From the NCBI GenBank assembly GCA_963701295.1, contig OY969585.1, positions 2,784,001 to 2,848,000 on the forward strand: a stretch of DNA of 64,000 bases, read 5' to 3'. Shown in pieces: positions 31,057 through 42,477 of the stretch; within the stretch, counting starts at the first letter, position 1; the number at the start of each line of letters is the position of its first letter. A program made the position numbers and the translations under genes. This DNA is from Ignavibacteriota bacterium. Its GTDB lineage: Bacteria; Bacteroidota; Ignavibacteria; UBA10030. The notes under the pieces were generated by a model. The model had not been told where the DNA came from. It was given only the letters and a program-made list of their open reading frames with translations, and searched no databases.

Positions 31057-34000
31057 ATGAAACTGTCGATAAGATTTATTTTCTTTTCCCTCGTTAAATT
31101 GAACCTGATTCTTTTGTTGTTCTCTTATTCAATTTATTCTCAGCCTTCAAAATTCATAAAGTACTCCACGCAAATGGGGCTCTCCTCAAACAATCAACGA
31201 TGTATTATCCAGGATAAAGAAGGATTTATATGGATTGGTACAGGGGACGGGCTGGACCGTTTTGACGGATATACTTTTAAAGTTTATCGAAAAATTCCGA
31301 ACGATACTTCAAGTTTAAGAAGCAATATTATCGATTGCTTATATACAGACAGCAGGGGTAATCTCTGGATTGGAACATATGGAGGAGGTCTAAACCTCTA
31401 TGATAAAGAAAAAGATAATTTTTATACCTATACAGCAAATATTAATGATACCACCGCTCTTCTTAATAATGATATTACTACCATTACCGAAGATGAGTTA
31501 CACCGGATATGGGTAGGCACTACTTCGCTCGGGCTTCATTTGTTTAATCCAAAAATAAATGGATTCATACACTATATAGCTCCTAATGGAAAGTCACCTG
31601 ATTCGACAAGCATAGCAAGTAACAGCATTAATAGAATTGTAGTCGATCATAATATTTTATGGATAGCCTATAATACCAGTATATTAACAGCTCTGAACAT
31701 GTCAACTATGACATTTAGACATTACAAACTCTTTGATATTTTGAGTCATCAAACCGCTGATTTTTCGGTCAATTCATTAGTCGTGGATAATAATTTAATA
31801 TGGATAAGTACATGGAGCAAAGGAATCTGGATTTTTGATAAAACCACCGGTGAGTGTAGACCTTATACGAAAGAAAAAAGCAAGTATATAAATTTTGTTT
31901 TTAAGGATAATAAAAACATGTTATGGTACAGTCCTGAATCGAAAGGATTGATACTGATAGATGGTAATAACGATGTTCATTATCAGTTTGATGATTTCGA
32001 CCACTACAGCTTATCATCAAATTCACTGTCCAACATCTTTCAGGACAGACAGGGTAATTTATGGCTTGCAAGTAAACAGGGAGATTTGAATTATTTTATT
32101 CTTGATAATCCTTTTTACACCTGGTATAAGAACCCAAATTCAATACAGGGACTAACTAATAATTTAATTACCACAGTCATTGAAGATTCCAAAAGAAGGA
32201 TCTGGGTAGGATATCAGGATGGCGGAATAGATATCATCGATGCAAAAAATGTAAAGCCCAAACTACATATCAAAGGGGATCAATCAACCGGACTTGGTCC
32301 AGGGGCTATAATGTACATCTATGAAAGTAAAAATGGAACTATATGGGTAGGTAAATATCTAGATGGATTGAAGAAGTATAATGAAATATCAAAATCGTTT
32401 TTATCGTTTCAACATAGAGAAAACAATGAGAAATCTATAGCCGGTAATGATGTAAGGTACATTTCTGAAGATAGCCATGGGAATTTATGGATAGCAATCC
32501 ATGGCGGAGGCGTTGATAAATTCAATCCTGTTACCGGTGTATTTGTCCACCACCGGAGCGATCCAAACAGTCTATCAACAACAATCTTTAGCGACTGGAC
32601 GTTTAGTGCTGTATGCGATAAAGAAGATAATATTTGGGTAGGTACAGTAGCAGGAGTTTCAGTACTCTCAGGAAAAAGCATACTCGTAAAACATTACCGG
32701 GTTGATTCAAAAGAGGGATATAATCTTAGTAACGATATAGTAAAGACAATATTTTTTGATTCAAAGGGTTACGTATGGTTTGGTTCTTTAGACGGACTAA
32801 ACAAACTTGATTCCAGAAATAGTACCATCAGAAAATATTTCACGAAAGACGGACTACCGAGCAACTTGATTATTGATATCTTAGAAGACGACCATTATAA
32901 TCTTTGGATCAGCACAACTAAAGGCTTATCAAAATTCTCACCAGAGCAAGGAACTTTTCATAATTATTCTGTACATGATGGACTTGTGACCGATGATTTC
33001 AACACATTTGCAACTTATAAAAATCTAACGGGAGAAATGTATTTCGGCGGACGCGATGGATTAAATCGCTTTCATCCGGATAGTATTAAAATGAATAAGT
33101 TCATACCTCCTGTATACTTAACAGATTTCAAATTATTTAACCAATCTGTTCCTGTAAAAGATGATAACAGATCAGAAGAATATTCTCTCCCACTGCAAAT
33201 AAATTATTGCAAAGAAATTACGCTGGCGTATGCTCAGAACGTAATTAATTTGGAGTTTGTTGCACTCAATTATCTCAATCTTGAAAAAAATCAATATAGA
33301 TATAAGCTGGAAGGTTTTGAGAAAAATTGGACTTTGCCCGGATACAAGCGGGAAGTAACTTATACAAACCTTCAACCGGGAGAATATACCTTTAGAGTTC
33401 TAGCTTCAAATAATGATGGAATATGGAATACTGAAGGAGCTTCTCTTAAAATTATCGTTCACCCTCCATTCTGGCGAACTAACTGGGCATATGCTTTTTA
33501 CTTATTATTCGCAATTTTTCTACTTTATCTCTTTAGGAAACTGATATTACATGAAGCGGAAATAAATCGGACAGTCGAGCTTGAAAAACATGAGATACAA
33601 AAATTGCAGGAAATGGATGCTTTAAAAATGCAGTTCTTCTCAAATGTGTCTCACGAATTCCGATCGCCTTTGACGCTTATTGTAGGACCCATCGAAAAAA
33701 TCCTCCGTACCACTAAAGATGAAATGGTGAAATTACAGCTCAACCTTGTTTACAGAAACGCCAATCGTTTGCTGCGATTGATTAACCAATTGATGGATTT
33801 CAGAAAACTAGAAGAAGACAAATTGGAATTGGATCTTACTAAAAATGATGTTGTTCATTTCATAAAAGAGATCATTGATGCTTTCAAACAGGATGCAAAA
33901 CAACGAGAAATTGACTTTACTTATACATATTCTCATTCATCATTTAAAATTTGGTTTGATACGGATAAGCTCGACAAAATAATTTACAATTTGCTTTCAA

Positions 34001-35236
34001 ATGCATTTAAATACACTCCTGATAATGGTCACATCACGGTATCACTAGATTTTGATGAGGGTGGTAGCATGATCTCTCAGGCAAAATCTTGAAAGGCATC
34101 CTTCTGAAAAAAAAATCATAATTACCGTAAAGGATTCCGGAATCGGAATTCCCAAAGATGCCCAATCCAGAATATTCGACAGATTTTACCAGGTTAAGAA
34201 TATACTAACCACACAGGGCACCGGAATAGGACTATCGCTTACATATGAATTGGTTAAACTTCACAAAGGTATTATAAGAGTTGAAAGCGAACCTAACCAA
34301 GGTTCAATATTTACTGTTATTTTACCACTCTGGTCGGAGGAAACCGAGTTACCATATTTATCATCACTCCATGGAATAATGAAAGCTCATTATGAGGGGA
34401 ATAAAAAAGAAATCTTCACTAAACATAATACTGAATACTCAGATTTATCAGAAGAACGAACAATATTCTTAGATAAATTACCACAAATTTTGATTATCGA
34501 AGACAATGCCGATATGCGGTTGTTTATTAAGAATGAATTCAAAGAAAACTATAATGTTATCGAAGCTCATAATGGTACACTCGGTCTTAGTAAAGCTTTC
34601 GAAGAAATGCCCGATGCAATTATTTGTGATGTCATGATGCCGGGAATAGATGGCTATGAAGTGTGTAGAACACTTAAACATGACGAAAAAACAAGCCATA
34701 TTCCAATTGTCATGCTTACTGCTAAAAGTTCTGAACAGCATACAATTGAAGGTCTGGAAAGCGGTGCAGATGATTATGTGGCAAAACCTTTTAGTTCAGC
34801 TATCCTTCGGGTTAGGATTAAGAATCTCATTGAATCCAGAATACTCTTAAGAAAGAAATTTGTAAAAGAACCTTTTGCAACGATAAAAGATATTTCTCCG
34901 TCAAAAACTGATGAAAAACTACTCAAAAAAGCTTACGCAATAGTAGAGAAGAACCTGGATAATCCAAACTTTGAAGTAAATGATTTCGCGCATGAAATTG
35001 GTATGAGCCGTACACAGCTATACCGCAAAATACAGGCTATCTCAGGCCAATCAGTAAAAGAATTCATACGAATTATACGCTTAAAGAAAGCTGCCGAATT
35101 ATTACTAACTAAAGATAAAAATATTACAGAGATAGCCTATACTGTTGGATTTAATTCTCTCTCTTATTTTAGTCTGTCCTTTACCGAATATTTTGGAGTG
35201 AATCCTACAAAATATATTGAAAAATACATTAAATAA
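31057..35236 (+). pseudogene. Hybrid two-component system (beta-propeller sensor, Y_Y_Y, HisKA, HATPase, REC, AraC) split by a frameshift
   Basis: Frame 1 stops at 34090-92 after NLLSNAFKYT; the +1 frame continues VKDSGIGIP...GTGIGL into the REC/AraC ORF 34250..35236. Confidence 0.85.
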
Positions 35237-35457
35237 TCTGTGTAGAAATTTCATTTAATCTCATCTCATCGAAAAGTGCTAGCACACTGTTAGCAGTTGA
35301 ATTATGTGCGGAAATAAATACTTCCAATTCTAATTGCAGAAACTCTTTGTATTATTTGAAGGGCAATAATGTTGAAAAATGTTAATTCGAATGTGAAAGA
35401 ACTATGATTCTGGTTAGAAGCACCGCTCATAATATTTTCCCCTAGAACGATATTACT

Positions 35458-35491
35458 TGAAGGTTGCAGGTTCAAGTCCTGCCCCCGCTAC
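35458..35491 (+). tRNA. 3' fragment of an initiator-type tRNA-Met (att-site remnant)
   Basis: GAAGGTT-GCAGG-TTCAAGT-CCTGC-CCCCGCTAC gives a T-arm plus acceptor 3' strand; no intact 5' half. Confidence 0.6.
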
Positions 35492-35507
35492 TTAGTCCAA
35501 AGAAGAA

Positions 35508-35540
35508 TCCTCATCGAATAAAATCGGTGAGGAATTTTTG
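35508..35540 (+). terminator. Hairpin terminator after the tRNA fragment
   Basis: TCCTCATCGA / TCGGTGAGGA followed by ATTTTTG. Confidence 0.6.
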
Positions 35541-35650
35541 TTTTAGGGTGTAATTGTAGTAAGATGTTTTGCTTTTTCTGCCCTTTTAACACCCACGCTT
35601 ATTCAAATTTAGTGTCGCGCTTGGCGTGATTCAGTTATTTGGACAAGCCG

Positions 35651-35671
35651 AGCTTGAGCGTCTGGTTATGC
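35651..35671 (-). repeat. Truncated attC (cassette 11)
   Basis: Only R''/L'' (GCATAAC-CAGAC-GCTCAAGC) remain. Confidence 0.75.
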
Positions 35672-35679
35672 CGCTTATT

Positions 35680-36189
35680 TTATTTGTTTACTTGACCAAA
35701 TAATTGAGCTGCGGGACATCCGAGTTCTTGTTGTTTGCAATACTTACAGGAAAAAGAACTGCGAATAAACTCATTCCCTTTAAAGGAAATCAAAACAATA
35801 GCAATTATTGCAGCTAAAATTATCCATTTAAAATTGATCAATAATGTAATTATTCCGCCAATTAAAGGAAGAACTAGTAATAGCAAATCGGGTATCATAT
35901 CCCACCACGTCGATTTTCGTTCATTAAATTTCTTGGGATCACCTTTGGAGAATACCGATGCACAAATTTTCCCTTTCCCAAATCCGCATAATTTTCCGTA
36001 GTAATAGCAATTTACACATCCCTTGCGATATTGATTTATTTCCATAAAAATGAAATACAATAAATAAAATACAGCAAATATAGTTCCCAATTGAGCAAGG
36101 ATGAATAATCCAATAGCATAAATAGATATCGATAATGCATTAGCTATTGCAATCATCCAAAACGGATAGTTCTCATATTTGGATTGCAT
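35680..36189 (-). CDS. Cassette 11: 4-TM membrane protein with Cys clusters
   Basis: Hydrophobic helices; CVNCYYYGKLC and CKYCKQQELGCP. Confidence 0.7.
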   Translation of the reverse strand: MQSKYENYPFWMIAIANALSISIYAIGLFILAQLGTIFAVFYLLYFIFMEINQYRKGCVNCYYYGKLCGFGKGKICASVFSKGDPKKFNERKSTWWDMIPDLLLLVLPLIGGIITLLINFKWIILAAIIAIVLISFKGNEFIRSSFSCKYCKQQELGCPAAQLFGQVNK

Positions 36190-36225
36190 AGTTAATACTC
36201 CTCACAATTGATCTAAGCGTAAGCG

Positions 36226-36381
36226 GCCTAACGGATCAGCGCTAAGCGGCGGCGTTGATAATTTTCAAGTTGCTGGAAACGAAACAAGTTTATGATATCA
36301 ACTTTCAAATAAACACAAAACCTATGCTCGCCATGAATTTTACAGTGAGCTCATTCCGTCAGCTTGAGCGCCTGGTTAGGC
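36226..36381 (-). repeat. attC (156 bp)
   Basis: GCCTAAC...GTTAGGC with conserved L boxes. Confidence 0.92.
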
Positions 36382-36487
36382 GGCAGATGAATTGAAGAGA
36401 TTTATAACTTCAAAAAATACTTATACTAAATAATTCAATAAAAGTTTTACAATATATATTTTCTGTTTCATTGCGATATTTAGAAAA

Positions 36488-37387
36488 TCATTTTGTTAAG
36501 TAACGCACTATAACTACTCCTGAACCTCCGTTACCACCAGGCATACTTACATACGTTCCGGAAACTAGTCCGCCGCCGCCACCACCACCACCTGTATTTG
36601 GTGTGCCATTGCCTGCAATGGAATTAGTATTTGATCCTGCACCTCCGCCTCCAACGCCCCCAGCACCTGGCGTGTCAGTACCATAAACGCCACCACCACC
36701 ACCGCCTCCATAATAGACATTTGAACCTGAAATACTGAAAGCTAACCCCGGTCCACCATTTCCATTTCCACCAGATCCGGTTCCACCACTTCCAACTCCA
36801 CCCGCACCACCGCCGCCTCCTGCAAGATAATTCCAAGCAGTTCCCCCAAGACCACCAGCATATCCTTGACCAGGTATTCCATCACCGTTGCTATTACCTA
36901 GATTTTGTGGACTGCCGCCTCCACCTGAACCCCCACTGTCTGCCATTGAAAACCTGCTTGCCCCACCACCTCCACCGATTGCTACTACTACATCAAATAT
37001 TGAGTTTGACCCATTTAAAGCTGTAATAGTGTTATCAGTAGAACCACTTCCACCTACTCCAACGATAACAGGTATATTTCCACTTACATAATAATATTTT
37101 TTATATACTACTCCGCCACCACCTCCACCACCAGCCGTATGACATCCCCCACCACCACCTCCTCCTACAACAAGTAATTCCACTAGCCCACTGTCAATAC
37201 AAGAAAATGTTCCGCTGCTGGTAAAAGTATGTATTGTGTAACCTCCGGCTTGGGTTATAGTTCCACCTGTAGCCGAGTTTAACATTCCAAGTGTGATATA
37301 AGTTGGAGCGGTTGATTGATCTTTTTGGCAGCTTGCGATAAATAACAAGCATCCAACTATCATTGAAATTAAAAAGTGTTTTGTCAT
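36488..37387 (-). CDS. Cassette 10: glycine-rich lipoprotein
   Basis: Lipobox FIAS-C; YTIHTFTSSGTF...GGGGGGG...GGSGVVIVRY glycine-rich domain. Confidence 0.8.
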   Translation of the reverse strand: MTKHFLISMIVGCLLFIASCQKDQSTAPTYITLGMLNSATGGTITQAGGYTIHTFTSSGTFSCIDSGLVELLVVGGGGGGGCHTAGGGGGGGVVYKKYYYVSGNIPVIVGVGGSGSTDNTITALNGSNSIFDVVVAIGGGGGASRFSMADSGGSGGGGSPQNLGNSNGDGIPGQGYAGGLGGTAWNYLAGGGGGAGGVGSGGTGSGGNGNGGPGLAFSISGSNVYYGGGGGGGVYGTDTPGAGGVGGGGAGSNTNSIAGNGTPNTGGGGGGGGLVSGTYVSMPGGNGGSGVVIVRYLTK

Positions 37388-37429
37388 GGATATTTCTCCT
37401 ATTAGTTATAGAATGCTAATTTTAAGGTT

Positions 37430-37650
37430 GCCTAACGGACCGGCGCTAAGCTGCGGCGTTGATAACTCTCGTAATGCAACCAACGAAACAAGTTCATGCT
37501 GAAAACCAAATTAATAAACACTCAACCAACGAGGTATTGAAAAGTTAATTATAAAAACTTAAACCCACCATTAGCCATGAATTTCGCACCCAGCTCATTC
37601 CGTCAGCTTGCTTGCCCGCCGTCTTGTTGGGCGGGAGCGCCTGGTTAGGT
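37430..37650 (-). repeat. attC (221 bp, long type, 25-bp hairpin insertion)
   Basis: GCCTAAC...GTTAGGT; insertion at 37611-37635. Confidence 0.9.
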
Positions 37651-37660
37651 TGCAATTGTT

Positions 37661-38873
37661 TCATTTGAGCAAAACAAGTTTTTTTATCTCAGTAAATGAG
37701 CCGGCTTGCAATCGATAAAAATAAAATCCACTCGGCATATTTGACGCATTCCATTGCCGTGTGTAGGTGCCAGCAGATAATTCTTCAGAGGTAATGATTG
37801 CTATTTCTCTTCCAAGTAAATCATATATCTTTAGTAACACATATGATTTCGATGGAATAATAAATGAAATAGTCGTAGATGGATTAAAAGGATTGGGATA
37901 ATTCTGACCAAGCCTGAAATTCGTCGGTAAGTCAGTCGAGAGCTTTTCTACTGAGGTTATTTCTGACAACGGTCGTTTCCAGACGCCGATTTCAGTCCCG
38001 GCAAAGAGATTCGTGCCGGAAACGGTAAGAATATATATAACAGTCTTTGCCAAACCAGTGTTGATAGGAGTCCAGCTTGTGCCATTATTGGTCGAAAGAA
38101 AGACGCCACCGTTCAGAGTCCCGGCAAAGAGATTTGTTCCAGAACCAGTAAGAGCAACGACAGGATTAGACATCAATCCGTTACTCATTGCAATCCAATT
38201 TGTACCGTTATTAGTAGATAGAAAGACACCTAAATCAGTTCCAGCATAGAGATTTGTACCAGAGACGGCAAGTGTAGAGACAATAGGAATATTCGACCAC
38301 CTATCTGTTAGGCCTGTATTCACTGCAGTCCAGCTTGTCCCATTGTTGGTCGATAGGAAAACGCCATCTTCAGTCCCTGCAAAGAGATTAGTACCAGAAA
38401 CAATAATATAGGCTAACTTTAATCCAGTACCTCGCTGCAGACCAACTAGTACCGTTATTGGTGGAAAGAAAAACGCCGTTATAAGTCGCGGCAAATAGAT
38501 TCGTACCGGAGACGGCAAAAGAATAGACAAAAGGGGATGTCAAGTTTGAATCGATTGCTTTCCAGCTTGTGCCATTGTTGGTGGATAGAAAGGCGCCACC
38601 ACCCCAAGTCCCGGCAAAAAGATTCGTACCGGAGAATGTAAGAGCATAGACATAAGGATTTGTCAATCCTGAATCGACTGTAATCCAACTTGTGCCGTCG
38701 TTAGTGGAAAGAAAGACACCGCCAGATCCTCCTGCAAAGAGATTCGTACCACTTGCAGTAATACATTGAATAAAACCATTGTTGGATCCTGTCTGTATCC
38801 ATTGAGCCATGGAAGGATTGATGCCGGATATCATAAAAATACTTAACATTAAAGAACGAATAATGTTTTTCAT
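37661..38873 (-). pseudogene. Cassette 9: BNR/beta-propeller repeat protein with T9SS CTD, frameshifted
   Basis: Repeats of SGTNLFAGT..GVFLSTNNGTSW; ORFs 38388..38873 and 37661..38530 join if one base is removed at about 38431. Confidence 0.85.
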
Positions 38874-38913
38874 ATGTCTGTTTTCTTCTGTTTAGTTACT
38901 ACAACGCAATTGC

Positions 38914-39068
38914 ACCTAACTGACTGGCGCTAAGCTGCGGCGTTGATAATTCTCGTAATGCAACCAAAGAAACAAGTTCATGCTGATTCTTTCAAGTTTG
39001 TACTGACCTATACGTGCAATGTAAATTGCACCCAGCTGGCAACCGTCAGCTTGAGCAGTGGGTTAGGA
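38914..39068 (-). repeat. attC (155 bp)
   Basis: ACCTAAC...GTTAGGA. Confidence 0.9.
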
Positions 39069-39080
39069 TGCAATTGCCAT

Positions 39081-40982
39081 TTACTTAAGCAAAATCATTT
39101 TCTTTGTCTTAACGAAACTTCCGGCAGTGAGTCTGTAGATATACACTCCGCTTGACAACCCACCTGCGTTAAAAGACACCGAGTGAGCACCAGCATTCTG
39201 ACGTTCGTTGACCAATGTTCTTATTTCCCTTCCTAACATATCGTAAACCTCTAAATTTATAAAACTGTTTGTCGGCAACTGATAACCGATGACCGTTGTA
39301 GGATTGAAAGGGTTAGGATAATTTTGATTCAGAACAAAAACGAGTGGAACATGCGAGCTTGTTCGCGAGACAACGCTCGTTACTGATGTTATCCAGGTCA
39401 GAGCCGCTTTTGCAACATCATCTTCACCTTTTGCGACACCATCTGGCGTTAACCAAACCTTGTCATCCATTTGAAATTCCACGTGTGTAAGATAATGAGG
39501 AAGACTGTCTTCCAAGACATACCCATTCAACCATGCGTACTGGGCAAAACAAATACTGTCGATACTTGTTATCTGATCGGATGCATATCCTGAAGCAGGA
39601 GGTTCCCCGAAAAACCGTGCCTTGGGGTGATTACGCAATTGTGTCGCTATAAAATCGTTAGCACTCACTGAATTTGGCCCCATTAGAACCGCGATTGGTT
39701 TATCGAAGAATCGCGTTGAATCGACAAACATGGAGAAAGTTGAAAAATACATCATCGAGAAATGATCGAACGGATCGTTGCGGCTCGCCAAATAAATCGG
39801 CGGGGGCGCGACTTTGAATAGAAGCGAAAGCCCTTCATCAGCATTCTCTACGTACCCTCCTTGGTTTGAGCGAATATCGATGACTATACCGTCCACCTTG
39901 TAGATGCGTGTCAGAGAGTCGATTGCATTGAAGAAATGTAAATTTGAATTAAACCAAGTCCACGAATAGACGTATCCGATGTTTGTACCCTGAACAATTC
40001 CCCACCGAACATCCTTAGCAGATGTGATCGAATCAGTCATCGGGACGCCTGCGACAGGTAGTTGTTCCGTACAAAACAAGCTTAAGTCTTTACCAATAAG
40101 AAGACTGGTGGGAAGATGCAGTGTGTCTCTCGTTGAATATTTTATGATGTCGATTGTATCAAAGAGATGCCAGTTTCTCCCAGCAGATTGAAGCCATGAA
40201 TGTGCGAACGCCCCTGCGTTTCCTCCCCAATACGATGTGAACGAAATTGGCAGCTCCATCTTAAGCAATCGAGGATAGAGTTGTTTCCACGGCACACCGT
40301 CATACCCCAGGACAATATCCCCGGGAACTAGCCCCAACGGATGCGATGGAATCGATTTGTAAACCAGAACGGTACTATCCTCAAGAGGAGTGAGTCCTGC
40401 GCCAAAACTATCGTCGTTTCCCCAACCCCCAGCAAATAACATAGGTATTCCTGGTGTGCCTCTTGTGAGATTCGTAATGCCCATATCTCCTATGTGAGTA
40501 TGCGGCTCCATCAATGCAATGGACATCTGACTGAGAATGGCTGCAAATCGGCCACGACTGACCCCTTTTTCGATCTCGGGCCGGTATTTGTTCTTGAGGA
40601 CGTTCCAATCGAAATCAAGATTTTGGAAACAGGCAAACTTCTGGTCGATCATTGTCCATACCGAATCGAAAGCTTGCAATTCTTCCGTTGCTGGAGCAGT
40701 CCCCCAAATACTATTCACTCGATCATGCCAATCAGACTTAAGGATATCGAGGGCTTGTGATTCAAGAATTGTGCTGGCACAAATCACAATGAGACAGCAC
40801 AGTAGAAAATTCTTCCAAATTAAGCGATTCTTGAATCCATCAAGAAATTCTTCCAAACTGATATTATGGGATAAATGATTGATATTTGTCAACTGTAGTA
40901 GAGCGGACGTTTCAGCTGTGCAGTTCTTCCGGACGGATCGTCTAAGTGTTAAATGTCTAGGGCAACAATGCTTAATTACCAA
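39081..40982 (-). CDS. Cassette 8: S41-family peptidase with T9SS CTD (start uncertain)
   Basis: IVIDIRSNQGG, VLMGPNSVSANDF, FFGEP; QNYPNPFNP CTD; signal-like segment at about 40830-40760. Confidence 0.8.
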   Translation of the reverse strand: MVIKHCCPRHLTLRRSVRKNCTAETSALLQLTNINHLSHNISLEEFLDGFKNRLIWKNFLLCCLIVICASTILESQALDILKSDWHDRVNSIWGTAPATEELQAFDSVWTMIDQKFACFQNLDFDWNVLKNKYRPEIEKGVSRGRFAAILSQMSIALMEPHTHIGDMGITNLTRGTPGIPMLFAGGWGNDDSFGAGLTPLEDSTVLVYKSIPSHPLGLVPGDIVLGYDGVPWKQLYPRLLKMELPISFTSYWGGNAGAFAHSWLQSAGRNWHLFDTIDIIKYSTRDTLHLPTSLLIGKDLSLFCTEQLPVAGVPMTDSITSAKDVRWGIVQGTNIGYVYSWTWFNSNLHFFNAIDSLTRIYKVDGIVIDIRSNQGGYVENADEGLSLLFKVAPPPIYLASRNDPFDHFSMMYFSTFSMFVDSTRFFDKPIAVLMGPNSVSANDFIATQLRNHPKARFFGEPPASGYASDQITSIDSICFAQYAWLNGYVLEDSLPHYLTHVEFQMDDKVWLTPDGVAKGEDDVAKAALTWITSVTSVVSRTSSHVPLVFVLNQNYPNPFNPTTVIGYQLPTNSFINLEVYDMLGREIRTLVNERQNAGAHSVSFNAGGLSSGVYIYRLTAGSFVKTKKMILLK

Positions 40983-41075
40983 ATAAACTCCCAGGCGTCA
41001 AAGAAACAAGAATTTCTAGAACCAGAAGAATTGTAGATATATTATTAAGAAACTCATTTTATATATTTTCCTGCT

Positions 41076-41232
41076 GCCTAACCAACGTCGCAGAAGCTAC
41101 CGTACTGATAATTTTCAAAATATTGATAACGAAACAAGTTCATTGTACCTACTTTCAAATTAATATAAAATCTACGCTCGCCGTGAATTTTGCAGTGAGC
41201 TCATTCCGTCAGCTTGGAGCTGCTGGTTATAC
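41076..41232 (-). repeat. attC (157 bp, degenerate)
   Basis: GCCTAAC...GTTATAC; L boxes diverged. Confidence 0.8.
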
Positions 41233-41241
41233 CGCTTGCAT

Positions 41242-42192
41242 TTATTTCTTGTCTTTCAAATATTTGCTATAAAATTCGGCGATCTTATTAAAAAACTCCG
41301 GATAGGTGATGAATTCCGGCCCGTTCATGCCGCCGTGTTCGGCATGAGGCACTATCCATAATTCTTTTTGTCCCTTCAATTCACCCGCTATTTTCTTCGA
41401 CATCCAGACTGGCGTGCGATTATCCTTTTCGCCGACAATTAAGAACACCGGAATCGAAACTTTCTTTGCTGCGTTTACTGGCAACAGTTCAATGGGATAA
41501 TTTTCCGGCGGTAAAAAATTTCTGTCAGGAGAAACTTGTTTCAGTATCGGTAAAAGATCAGCAAATGATGTCAGCAACGCTCGGCCGACATAGGCTGCTA
41601 TGTCGTTCCTCTTTGCGGCGATAGCGAAAGACAAATAAGCACCGGTGGAAAAGCCCATGACACCAATTCGCATTGTATCAACTTCCGGCTGTTGCTTTAA
41701 GAAATCGACAGCCGCATTATAATCGGTAATGAATTCCGCATAGCACAATCTATCCTCTTCAGTTGGCCAATCCGAGCTTTCTCCGAAACCACGCCAATCA
41801 AAGAGCAGAACATTGTAACCCCGCGTAAACAAATGATAACCATAAAAAATTAGCTGCGTCATATTTCCAGCATCACCATCGCAAATAATGATGGTCGGCC
41901 TCCTCGAATCATCCAACGTTGTATATAGCCTCGCTTTGGGTTTGAGTTCTTGAGGTACCGGCACAATCCGTCCGATGATCGAGTTAGCTATACCTGAAGT
42001 ATCCTGTGCCGGGAAAAACCAGCCCTTCAATTTAAGACTGTCGGCAGTTTGAATTACAACTTGTCTGTAAATGATTCCGTAATCTGAAGGGATTGCGCGG
42101 TACTGTCTTTCTGGTTTGAGTGCATACAACAACGAAGAGGTGAGAAGAAGCAAGGAAACCAGCGATAACAGGGAAGTTCTAAACTTAACCAT
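41242..42192 (-). CDS. Cassette 7: exported alpha/beta hydrolase
   Basis: FDWRGFGES, GFSTG nucleophile elbow, GEKD, AEH. Confidence 0.85.
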   Translation of the reverse strand: MVKFRTSLLSLVSLLLLTSSLLYALKPERQYRAIPSDYGIIYRQVVIQTADSLKLKGWFFPAQDTSGIANSIIGRIVPVPQELKPKARLYTTLDDSRRPTIIICDGDAGNMTQLIFYGYHLFTRGYNVLLFDWRGFGESSDWPTEEDRLCYAEFITDYNAAVDFLKQQPEVDTMRIGVMGFSTGAYLSFAIAAKRNDIAAYVGRALLTSFADLLPILKQVSPDRNFLPPENYPIELLPVNAAKKVSIPVFLIVGEKDNRTPVWMSKKIAGELKGQKELWIVPHAEHGGMNGPEFITYPEFFNKIAEFYSKYLKDKK

Positions 42193-42288
42193 TTTGTCAT
42201 CTCCTTTTTAACATGGATTCTCTATCTCAAAATTTTGAATCGAACATACAAACAGTAATGTTATCTAACTTTCATAAAAGTGCAAGAG

Positions 42289-42470
42289 GCATAATGGATC
42301 GGCGCTAAGCTGCAGCGCTGATAACTTTCATAATGTACTAAACGAACCAAGTTCATTCACTTCACTTTCAATTCTGCACTTGACCTCTACGCGCAATGCA
42401 AAATGCACTCGCGCTTTTACCGTCAGCTTGCTTGCCCGCCGTCTTGTTGGGCGGGAGCGCCTGGTTAGGC
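42289..42470 (-). repeat. attC (182 bp; 25-bp insertion; R' core GTT mutated to ATT)
   Basis: Plus strand GCATAAT...GTTAGGC; insertion at 42431-42455. Confidence 0.85.
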
Positions 42471-42477
42471 GGCTTTG

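Noticed and set aside
34107-34115. A9 tract as the phase-variable cause of the HTCS frameshift
   Set aside because: It lies downstream of the frame-1 stop, and the continuing frame reads through it correctly.
37980-38760. Tandem DNA repeats of about 125 bp as a DGR or non-coding array
   Set aside because: They encode BNR propeller blades; no reverse transcriptase is present and no adenine-specific variation was apparent.
38943-39155. Short ORFs and ORF extensions overlapping attC sites (also 46233..46463 and the 5' extensions of 42478 and 43890)
   Set aside because: They are translations of the repeats; better starts with RBS or signal peptides lie inside the cassettes or the IS.
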